64,000 nt of DNA from an uncultured archaeon (GTDB taxonomy: Archaea > Asgardarchaeota > Lokiarchaeia > Sigyniarchaeales > SOKP01): assembly GCA_964508365.1 (NCBI GenBank), contig CAZDTP010000006.1, forward strand, positions 1 through 64,000, read 5' to 3'. Shown in pieces: positions 30,241 through 39,900 of this stretch. Every line of letters starts with the position of its first letter. Position 1 is the stretch's first letter. The position numbers and the translations under genes are program-made. A model generated the notes under the pieces. It ran no database searches. It was given only the letters and a program-made list of their open reading frames with translations, and had not been told where the DNA came from.

Positions 30241-32346
30241 ATGCTAAGACAAGTTTACATTTATAGAAGCGGCAAGCTACTCTATTATCGTCATTTTGGA
30301 AAAGCACTTAAGAAAGAAGCTTTTGAATCGTTAGTAGGTGATTTGATGCAAGATGCTTTTGCCAAAGGAGGTAAAAATGTAGAATATCACGATTATTATA
30401 AATATAGAATATCGTACATTACAGATAAAGATTTAGAGTTAATGTTTTTATTTGTTACTGGGCTAACAGATAATTTCGATAATATTAAAAAAGAATTAAT
30501 AAAGTGTAAAAAAGAATTTTTAAATTTATTTGAAGACATACTCCAACACAAATTTGACGCTAAAACATTCGAGATTTTTGACCCTACAATCGATTCAATT
30601 CATAGGAATTTAAGACCAAAAATATCGTTAGTAGGATTTTCTGGCGTAGGAAAAACTACTATAACTCGTTTAATCAAAGCTGAAGAAATTCCTATGGAAC
30701 ACATTCCGACCATAACAGGAGACATCGCTACAATCAAAATAGGAAAACTACACTTTCATTTATGGGATTTTGCTGGACAAGAACAGTTCAGCTATTTGTG
30801 GAATAATTTCATTAAAGGGAGCGATGCTGTTTTATTGATAACAGATTCTACCTTAGAAAATGTAGAAAAAAGTAAATTCTTCCTTGAGCTCATAAAAGAA
30901 CAAGCCGCTCAAGCACATACTTCTGTAATTGGTAATAAACAGGATTTAGACGATGCTATGAAACCAGAACAAATAGAGAAGATATTGGGGTTAAAAACCT
31001 ATTCAATGATCGCAAAGAATTCAGGAAATCGAGATAAAATGATAACTATCATTGCTGATATACTTGAAATGAGCGCAGAAGTTTCACCTCTATTGCAACC
31101 ATTGTTAGAACGAGATACTTATACAGAAGAAGCTGTTAAAGCTTTAGAAAGCGGAAAATTTGAGGATGCTGCAATGTGTTTTGAGAAAATAAGCGATCTC
31201 TGCATTGAATTAGGAGATGATTCTCTTGGGAAGGAATTTTATGAAAAATCACAAAAAATTAAAACCATGATTCAAGCAGCTAGTACACCTCAAACAGAAC
31301 CAGTTCAAGAACCACCTACACCCAAAGAAGAACCGCCTAAACCGATAGAAACACCACCCACACCCAAAGAAGAATCGCCTAAACCGATAGAAACACCACC
31401 CACACCCAAAGAAGAACCGCCTAAACCGATAGAAACACCACCCACACCCAAAGTAGAACCACCTAAACCGATAGAGGGGCCACCTAAATTTAAAAAACCT
31501 ACATTTCCTGATAGCCCTAAAGTTGAAGGTTTAGAAAAACCAAAAATACCTATTGCTACTCCACCACGTCTTCCTAAAAAAGTAGAAGAAGCTGGAAAAG
31601 AATCAGAATTGGTAGAAACTGTAAAACCAACAGAACAAAAAGAAGTAGTAATCCAAAAACAAAATGAATCTGAGATGCTAGTTCAGCCAAAAATCCAAAA
31701 AACAGTTGTAGGTTTGAATTTAAATCCCGAAGATTTTATGGTGAAACAAAGACCAAAAACTGTAACTAACGTACCTAAAGATGCTAAAAATAAACTGAAG
31801 ACATCACCTTTCGCCCACGTTTCTAATCCTACGGAATCAAAAAGACCCGTACCTATTTCACCAACAGAGTTAGTTAGTAAAAAATTACCTTCGGGATTCA
31901 TACCACCTGAGAAGAAAGCCGCACCTAAGATTCAGAACATACCTAAAATCCCAACATCAGAGATATCAAAAGAACCTCCTGCTCCTCCTATGCCTGTGAG
32001 CCCCACTACTTTAGTAAAAACCACTCCAAAAGTAACCCCTCCTCAACCTCCTAAAGAACCTAATGTGAAGACTCTACCTGATATCGTGCAAAATCAGACT
32101 ATAGTGGATATGCCCGCAATAACGGTAACTACAGATGCAGGGCAAAAAGCAGATTTAGAAAAATCTTTAATGGATCTAAAAATAAAGAAAGCAAGCACTA
32201 CCAGAATGTCGTTGGATTTTGACATGAAGGAACTTACAGGGGAAATCACTGGAGAAGAACTTGAGAAAAAGAAGAATAAGTTATCTATAATTGAAAAAAA
32301 TATTAATGAACAAATCAAAGAAATAGAAAAATTACTGGGAAGATAA
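30241..32346 (+). CDS. Longin-like domain + Arf/Rag-like small GTPase + helical TPR-like module + Pro-rich linker + C-terminal helical hairpin
   Basis: N-terminal longin-like start (MLRQVYIYRSGKLLYYRHF); G1 GFSGVGKT, G2 HIPT, G3 WDFAGQ, G4 NKQD; Pro-rich region from ~aa 350. Confidence 0.85.
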   Translation: MLRQVYIYRSGKLLYYRHFGKALKKEAFESLVGDLMQDAFAKGGKNVEYHDYYKYRISYITDKDLELMFLFVTGLTDNFDNIKKELIKCKKEFLNLFEDILQHKFDAKTFEIFDPTIDSIHRNLRPKISLVGFSGVGKTTITRLIKAEEIPMEHIPTITGDIATIKIGKLHFHLWDFAGQEQFSYLWNNFIKGSDAVLLITDSTLENVEKSKFFLELIKEQAAQAHTSVIGNKQDLDDAMKPEQIEKILGLKTYSMIAKNSGNRDKMITIIADILEMSAEVSPLLQPLLERDTYTEEAVKALESGKFEDAAMCFEKISDLCIELGDDSLGKEFYEKSQKIKTMIQAASTPQTEPVQEPPTPKEEPPKPIETPPTPKEESPKPIETPPTPKEEPPKPIETPPTPKVEPPKPIEGPPKFKKPTFPDSPKVEGLEKPKIPIATPPRLPKKVEEAGKESELVETVKPTEQKEVVIQKQNESEMLVQPKIQKTVVGLNLNPEDFMVKQRPKTVTNVPKDAKNKLKTSPFAHVSNPTESKRPVPISPTELVSKKLPSGFIPPEKKAAPKIQNIPKIPTSEISKEPPAPPMPVSPTTLVKTTPKVTPPQPPKEPNVKTLPDIVQNQTIVDMPAITVTTDAGQKADLEKSLMDLKIKKASTTRMSLDFDMKELTGEITGEELEKKKNKLSIIEKNINEQIKEIEKLLGR
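31312..31479 (+). repeat. Four tandem 42-bp repeats encoding PPTPKEEPPKPIET
   Basis: Near-identical ccacc(c/t)acacccaaagaagaaccgcctaaaccgatagaaaca units, directly visible. Confidence 0.95.
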
Positions 32347-32516
32347 TCTTATCTGAAATCTCTTAGTTTTATAACTTATTTTAAAGATTTTTAGAATTCT
32401 AAGAAAAATCCTTAAGATTAAGAACCATTATTTCATCATAATAATAAGACTTTTTTTCTTTTTATACTTAAAAGAGGTAATATTCTTCAAATATTTATAT
32501 TGCATCAGCGTATATT

Positions 32517-33959
32517 ATGACTCCAATTGTTATTATGAAATTTGGTGGAAGCTGTTTAATTGATAAGAAAGCTTTCAAAAAAATTCTCGAAATATTAGAA
32601 ATTTATAAGGATGATAAAAAAATAATTGTGGCTTCAGCACTTAATGGAATAACGGATTTGTTATTGAATACGGCGCAAAATGTTAATAATTCTAAAATTC
32701 TTGATGATAATATTGCTATCTTGGAGAATAAGCATATTGATAGGATTGAACAAATATTTGAAGAAGATTCTGAGTATTACAATAAAGCAAAAGATTGGGT
32801 TGACAAAAAACTTAGTGAATTGGAAGATGCGCTTGAGGATATTAAAGAATTCGGATTAGAACCATATTACAAAGATTATGTCTTAAGCTTCGGTGAGATT
32901 TTGTCAACATTCATCTTAAATCAATATATTTTAAGTAAAGGGTTAGAATCAGTTTACATTCCTGCAAATAAGGTAATAATAACAAATGATGAGTTTAACA
33001 ATGCTTATCCTTTTTATGAATTTACTAATGAACGTGTCAAAAAATTAATAATCCCTTTATTAGAGAATACTAAAAAAGATATAATAATCTCTATTACTGG
33101 TTTCATAGGGAGAAATAAAATTGGATACACAACCACTTTAGGGAGAGGAGGTTCAGATTATACTGCAACTATTCTTGCACATTCCATATACGAAGTTGCG
33201 AACGATAAGAACATAAAAGTAATTTTATGGAAAGACGTAGATGGTTTGCTAGCTATTAATCCAAAGTACATCTCACAATCAACGCTTATAAAAAATTTAG
33301 ACTACAAAGAAGCAAAGCATATTGCAAATTTTGGGGCAAAAATACTTCATCCGAAATGTCTTGAAGCGATTGAAAATAAAAATATTCCCCTTGAACTGAG
33401 AAACTTCAACAAACCTCTTGAGAAAGTTGAATTTACTAAAATATCTGCAGAGACAGATAAAAATGAAATCAAAGGAATTTCCACTGTTGAGGACGCTGTA
33501 ATAATAACTGTATCTTCAGGGAGTTTAGTTGATGTACCAGGCGTTTTAGCAAAAATATTTAAAGTTATTAGCAAAAATAGAATAAGCGTCTCCTTAGTTG
33601 CTCAAAGTGCTTCGGAAATTAGTACCTCGTTTATCGTAAAAGAAGCAGATTCCATCAGAGCGGTAAAGGCGTTAGAGAGCTCTGGTTACTTTTCAGATTT
33701 TTTTGAAATTAAATCTGAAGAAGTCGCAATAATAAATGTTACTGGTTTTAAGATCTTAGAAAATTTGACAAAAGTAATGATATTTCAAGCTTTAGAAAAG
33801 AGAAAGATACATGTGAAAGCTCTAACTCAGAGTACTGAGGAATTGAACCTCTCCATAGTCATAAAGAGAGAACATATCGAAGACGCTATCAAAATTATTC
33901 ACGAGGATTTATGTGAGAATTCTGAAGAAGAAGAAAACAGCTTATGTAACCAAACATAG
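32517..33959 (+). CDS. lysC: Aspartate kinase with C-terminal ACT domains
   Basis: MKFGGS, SFGEILS, TTLGRGGSDYTA, WKDVDG and GAKILHP motifs. Confidence 0.92.
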   Translation: MTPIVIMKFGGSCLIDKKAFKKILEILEIYKDDKKIIVASALNGITDLLLNTAQNVNNSKILDDNIAILENKHIDRIEQIFEEDSEYYNKAKDWVDKKLSELEDALEDIKEFGLEPYYKDYVLSFGEILSTFILNQYILSKGLESVYIPANKVIITNDEFNNAYPFYEFTNERVKKLIIPLLENTKKDIIISITGFIGRNKIGYTTTLGRGGSDYTATILAHSIYEVANDKNIKVILWKDVDGLLAINPKYISQSTLIKNLDYKEAKHIANFGAKILHPKCLEAIENKNIPLELRNFNKPLEKVEFTKISAETDKNEIKGISTVEDAVIITVSSGSLVDVPGVLAKIFKVISKNRISVSLVAQSASEISTSFIVKEADSIRAVKALESSGYFSDFFEIKSEEVAIINVTGFKILENLTKVMIFQALEKRKIHVKALTQSTEELNLSIVIKREHIEDAIKIIHEDLCENSEEEENSLCNQT

Positions 33960-34000
33960 TTAAATCTATATTTTAGATTTATAAAAAGAATTAGTTAAGA

Positions 34001-34528
34001 TTATTGAGTTCTTGACTCAACAATTCTACGTGTAAGTTCAGTAAAGGAGTCGTCAACATTAATACCTGATTTTGCTGAAGTTTCAATGTAAATACTGCCT
34101 TCCTTCTCAGCAAAAGCCCGAGCCTCGTCTCTATCTATTACTTCTCCGACATCTTCAAGTAAATCTGCTTTATTCCCAATTAATACAAATGGTATGTTTT
34201 CGTTGCTAAATTGTCGTATTTCTGTTAGCCATTTTCTTGTTTCGATGTAAGTTTGTTCTCTTGTTAAATCAAAAACTAATAAAGCGCCAGCAGCTCCCTT
34301 GTAGAAAGTTGATCGGATGAATTCGAACCTTTGTTGACCACCAATATCCCATATGCTTAAAGTTGCTACTTCGCCTGGTTTAAATTCTACATCTTTGGTG
34401 AGAATGTCTACTCCAACCGTTAATTTGTAGTTTGCCGCGAATCGGTTTTTAATAAACCTCTGAACCAAACTCGTCTTTCCGACAGCAGCAGCACCCGTGA
34501 GTAAAACTTTTAATTTAAAACTTGACAT
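34001..34528 (-). CDS. Rab-like small GTPase
   Basis: G1 GAAAVGKT, TVGVD, WDIGGQQRF, FYKGA, LVFDLT, GNKAD, ETSAK. Confidence 0.95.
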   Translation of the reverse strand: MSSFKLKVLLTGAAAVGKTSLVQRFIKNRFAANYKLTVGVDILTKDVEFKPGEVATLSIWDIGGQQRFEFIRSTFYKGAAGALLVFDLTREQTYIETRKWLTEIRQFSNENIPFVLIGNKADLLEDVGEVIDRDEARAFAEKEGSIYIETSAKSGINVDDSFTELTRRIVESRTQ

Positions 34529-34825
34529 AAAAGACCTCTACCTTGAATATTATAATTAAATTATTACAAAATTTATTTGAATATAATTTATTATCTTTAT
34601 TATTAAATTCTATTTATTTAATTCTTTTTATAATATTAATACTATTTCGGATAAAAATTTAATATATTTATCTCTTAAATACTTTTATACTCTTTTTATA
34701 GAATAAGTGTGAATTATTAAATGTTTCTGGTCTTTAAGACTAATCCTACAATGCTTAACATTTTCCGAGTTATAATATGGAATAGTATTAGTTCTAAAAG
34801 AGCTAAATACTAATTTTAAAGTGAT

Positions 34826-36820
34826 TTATCTTTTTGGGATATGCGCATATTCTTTCAGACTGGGAAATAAATTTAAGTTTAAATGAGGAAAGTACATAGC
34901 TGAAGCAAATTCTTTTTGGAAATCTTTTTCAATTGCTATTTCGACATACTTTATTTTTTCCTGTAATTTTCGCGCTTTTTTTCTTAAATCTACATTTAAT
35001 AAACAATTTTGCGCTCCGATCCCTGCTGCGTTACCAATTTGAAAAAGTTTTTCGTCAGGAATATCAGGAATCATCCCTATAAATTTCGCGTTACTTTTAT
35101 TGATGTAATTTCCAAATGCTCCTGCTAAAAGAATCTGTTTAATTTCTAGTTCTGAGTTGTTTACACGATTTAAATGGTTTAAAATCAAACGTGCTCCAGA
35201 GAAGAACGCCCCTTTTGCCATTTGTAATTCTCTAACATCACTTTGTGAAATCGTAATGTGTCTCTTAATTGGGGTATCGTCTTTATTTACTAATATAAAT
35301 TTAAAGTTTTTCTCTTCTTTTACTATACGCTCGTGGTCTATGAATTCTTTATTAAAGTTACCACTTTTTGTAAGCAGTTTCGCTCGTAACATTTCGGCTA
35401 CTGCATCAATAATACCAGAACCACAAATACCTATGGGTTTTCTGTTATTAATTGTGGTATATTCAACACCAAAATCAATCGGGTCAATTTTTAGAGTGTC
35501 AATAGCCCCTGCTGCGGCTCGCATGCCGTGGTTAATATGAGCACCTTCTAAGGCAGATCCCGCTGCACAAGATCCCGTATAAAGTACATCCTTATTACCT
35601 ATCACCAATTCACCATTAGTCCCAACATCAATTGCTAATGTTAATTCTGGTTCTTCATCAATCTCTGATGAAATAATTACTCCCATTGTGTCAGCTCCAA
35701 CGAAACCCGCAATCAATGGTAATAAATAAACATATCCGCTTCTAGAAATCTCAAGATTAACATCTTTGGCCTTTATGTTTAAATCACTCTTCAGCGCGGG
35801 CACATAAGGACTTAAGCCGATATATGTAGGATTTATATTGAGGAATAGATGATGCATAACCGAATTTCCAACGATTGTTGCCTCATATATTTGACTAGGT
35901 GAAACATTAGCATTAGTACATGTTTCTTCTATTATTGAGTTTAAAGATTCTATCAGAACAGAATTTAGTTTTACAAGTCCCGCGGGATTATCTTTTGTGT
36001 ATGTTATACGCGAAACAACATCTTCCCCATAGGCTGTCTGTGGATTAAGAGCTGATGCAATTGAATATACTTTTCCATTGAGCAAATTGATTAAATAACC
36101 AACAAGAGTAGTAGTTCCAATGTCAAATGCGATTCCGAAACAATCTTCGGTTTTATTACCTGCTTCGCAGTCTATAAATTTCTTATTATTGTATAATGTT
36201 AATGAAATACGGTGCTGCTCTTCTCTTAAGACTAGGGGAATTTTTCTTATGGTATCGATTTCAAACGAAACATCACTATGAATTCCTTTATTATCCTTAC
36301 TTGACGAAAGAGAAGATAAAATTCTTTCAATATCAGGAACAGGGTTTTCTAAATTTGGTTTATTAATTTCAACAAAAATTTTCCTTACATTCGGATTAAG
36401 GTTTATTTTTTTAGATTTTCCTGATGTCAATATCTTAAAATCTTCGACTAGTAGATCTTTGGGCAGAAATATTCTAAACTGGGGTGGTTGATGTGTTTCA
36501 ACTGACTGAATTTGGGATTTTTTTACTCTACATTGACAAGCCAACCGCCAGTTTTCTTTAATCTCCGACTGCGTAAGAAATTTCATTTCAGAGTTTGTTG
36601 GCGGATTTAAAAAATGCATTCCTTCTTGAACCACTATTTTACACTTTCCGCATGTTCCGTTACCACCACAAAGGGACTGCACACGGATATTTGAATTGAT
36701 TAGTAATTCGTAAAAGGTTTCATTCTTGGTGTAGAAGAGCCTTCTCGAGATCGGTTCAATATCGACTATAATCTGAAAATTATTACTTTTCACGAAAGCT
36801 CCTCTTGTTAACTTTTTCAA
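34826..36820 (-). CDS. ASKHA-type ATPase with N-terminal 2Fe-2S ferredoxin (RACo/AcsV-like reductive activator of corrinoid proteins)
   Basis: CGGNGTCGKC...RLACQ; DIGTTT, NPQTAYGEDVVSR, DVGTNGE, CAAGSALEG, GICGSG and LAGAFG motifs. Confidence 0.92.
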   Translation of the reverse strand: MKKLTRGAFVKSNNFQIIVDIEPISRRLFYTKNETFYELLINSNIRVQSLCGGNGTCGKCKIVVQEGMHFLNPPTNSEMKFLTQSEIKENWRLACQCRVKKSQIQSVETHQPPQFRIFLPKDLLVEDFKILTSGKSKKINLNPNVRKIFVEINKPNLENPVPDIERILSSLSSSKDNKGIHSDVSFEIDTIRKIPLVLREEQHRISLTLYNNKKFIDCEAGNKTEDCFGIAFDIGTTTLVGYLINLLNGKVYSIASALNPQTAYGEDVVSRITYTKDNPAGLVKLNSVLIESLNSIIEETCTNANVSPSQIYEATIVGNSVMHHLFLNINPTYIGLSPYVPALKSDLNIKAKDVNLEISRSGYVYLLPLIAGFVGADTMGVIISSEIDEEPELTLAIDVGTNGELVIGNKDVLYTGSCAAGSALEGAHINHGMRAAAGAIDTLKIDPIDFGVEYTTINNRKPIGICGSGIIDAVAEMLRAKLLTKSGNFNKEFIDHERIVKEEKNFKFILVNKDDTPIKRHITISQSDVRELQMAKGAFFSGARLILNHLNRVNNSELEIKQILLAGAFGNYINKSNAKFIGMIPDIPDEKLFQIGNAAGIGAQNCLLNVDLRKKARKLQEKIKYVEIAIEKDFQKEFASAMYFPHLNLNLFPSLKEYAHIPKR

Positions 36821-36974
36821 AATGAGTTTAAAGGTTAATTTTAATAATAAAATTAAACATTTAAATATAAAAAGTTTAATTAATAAATCGGTTTACATTA
36901 TTGTAGGAACTAACAATAAATTCACGCTTCACTTATACTTTATATGAAATATTAAAAGAGGTTTTTAGATAAAG

Positions 36975-39900
36975 ATGGAGGGAAATGAAGAACTTGCTCA
37001 GGAAGCTTTAAGGTATCTCAATTTAGCTCAAAAATTTGAGAATGAAAAAAATTTTGAAAAAGCTGTGGAGAGTTATGATTTAGCAGCAACTTATCTTAAA
37101 AATAGTGGTTTTTTGATGGATAAAATAAGTGATATCTATTTTAGGATCGAAGAATTAAAAGATTTTACAAAACAAGAGATAACATATAATCAAGCAAGAG
37201 CAAAAAATCAACTTGAGCAATTACAAGAACAAGCTTTTTCTTTGTTGGATGGAGCTCAAAAATTAGAGATAGATGGATTTTTGGAAGACGCAATTGAACA
37301 ATATGAGGCAGCAATCAAATTATTAATTCAAACAGGTTGGTCTGAAGCTCAATTAAGCAATTTACAAAGCAAACTAATTACATTATCAGAAAATTTAAGA
37401 CACCATAAAGTAGTGACCAAAACCAAAATTGGGGAAGTTCAAGAACAAGATAATAGTCAGAAAGAAATTAAACCACAGGTTGTTAGCGCTTTTGGAGAAA
37501 AGAAAAGCACAGTAAAAGCTGAAGAATTAAAGAAGTTTAAAGAGATGAAACAGCAAGAGCAAGAAATACAAAACGACGCGTTTAAGTTTATTGATAATGC
37601 AAAATTTTTTGAAAACGATAAGAATTTCGATAAAGCAATCGAGAATTACGAAAACGCTGTAAAATTATTGAATTCTATAGGGTGGCACGACCAAACAAAG
37701 AATATCAACCTAGTTATTGAAAAATTAAAAAATGATAAAAAAGAGTTTGAACAATTTAGAACTCAGAAACAAATAGAACCTAAATTTAATAAAGAACAGA
37801 CTGATGAGTATGAAGGAATAAGGACACATATCTATAGAGATGAAGAGAAAATACAAATTGAAGCATTTAATTTAGTGGATTTTGGTAAAAAATTGGAAAG
37901 AGAGAAGAAATACGATCAAGCGGTTAATAAATTTCAGAAAGCAATTGAATTGTTTAAATCCATTGAATGGGATTCTTATATTCAACCAGTTATCAACTTT
38001 ATCAAAAATATCGAAAATAAACAGTCGCGGGAAGAAGAAGAAGTTATTTTAAGACAAAAAAGGGAGGACCAGCTAAAAAACCTACAAGATACGATATATT
38101 TTAAGGAAAAAGATGAAATTATTGAAACCGCAAAAGAACTGGATAAAAGAAGATTCGAATACGAACAAAAAAGAAAAGAAAATTTGAGGAAAGAAGAGAA
38201 CTTGTTTATAATTTTAGATGACGCGGATAGAATACTAAAAGAAGAATCTGATTATAACAAAGCAATTAATAGGTACACAGAAGCATTAGAATATCTAAAG
38301 GGATTAGGGCCAGATTGGGAATCGAATGCTTCTACAATTGAAGAGACTATTTTAAGTATTAAAAACTTAGAAGAATACAAAGTTGAAAAAGATTTAGAGC
38401 ACCAAACTAAATTAGAACTACGCAGAAAAAGTGATTTAGAATTTCAACAGCTCACCTCAATAGAGTTAGCAAAGGAAAGAGCAAAAATAAGGCAGAGAGA
38501 AAGCACTTTACAAGAAAAAATAGAAGAATCGGAACAACGCGAAAAGCGTAAAGCTGACGCGTATAAAGCTTTAGATAAAGCTGATTATTATATAAAAAAA
38601 TCGGAGTTAGATAAAGCAATTGCTGCTTATCAAAATGCGGGAAATATCTTCGCAAGTATACAATGGAACGACGAATTACATTTAATTGAAAATTCGATAA
38701 GAGAATTAGAAAATAGGAAAAGAGAACAATTATTAACAAAACAAAAAGAAATGATGAAATCTATTGAGAAATTTAAGGTTGAACAGCAGTTTCAGGAACA
38801 GATATCAAAACAACTCCGATTAGAAAGAGAGCAATTAAAAGAGAAAAAAATCTTATTAAGAGATCATAATGCAGAATTAATGCATCGAGAGAAGCGAAAA
38901 GATGAAGCCTTTAGGATATTGGAAAATGCTCATGTCTATCTTGAAAAAGGCAATTTTGATAAAGCAATTGAATTCTATCAGCAGGTAACTGGTATTTTTG
39001 CTGAAATTCAATGGTATGATGAAATGGAGAGGATAGGGAACGCTATAATCGAAATCGAAAATAAAAAACGTGATGTTAATCTCAAAAAACAAAGAGATAT
39101 GGAAATTCTTATCAAGAAAGAAAGAGAGGATAGAGAATTTCAAGAAAAAGTAATCAATGAGATGAACGCAAAGAGAAAAAAACTAGAAGAAAGAGAGATA
39201 GTTAAGAAAGAACGCGAAAATGAACTTAATTTTAGAGAAATGCAAAAGGAAAACGCGTTTAAAATCTTGGATGAAGCGCAAAACTATCTTTCTTTAGGAG
39301 AATTCGAGTTAGCAATTGAAAGCTATAGAAATGTAAATCAAATTTTTGCTCAAATTCAATGGATCGACGAAATTACATTTATTAACCAAACAATTAACAA
39401 AATCGAAAATGAAAAGAAGGAACAAGAAATAAGGAAACAAAGGGAGTTCGAGCAGTTAATCAAAGAAGATGCCGAACACAATCAATTTCTAAACAATTTA
39501 AAAATTCAAAGAGAAAGAGAAAAAAGATTAATCCAAAAAGAAAGGGATATTTTAGAAACAAAAAAGGAATTGAGTTCCCAGAACGCTTTAAAACAACAAG
39601 AAGCGTTCAAAATCATTGAGGAAGCTGATGAATTTTTAGCGAAAGAGAACTATGATGAAGCCATTGACTCATATCAAAATGCGCTTAAATCCCTCAAAGA
39701 CATAGGGTGGACGGGAAAATACATTTCATTGTTAGAAGAGTCAGTTCGAAATCTGCAATTTAAAAAGAACGAAAGAGAGCGCCAAAAATTACTCGAAAAA
39801 GAAAAACTACGAAAACAAGTAGAAGAAGAAAGAGAATTTGAGAGAATAGTGACAGAAAGTTTTCAAAAAGAAAGAGAAAAGATGCTATCTAAGAAGATCG

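Noticed and set aside
31312-31479. Tandem repeat as a CRISPR array
   Set aside because: Units are contiguous with no unique spacers, in frame within a CDS, and there are no cas genes.
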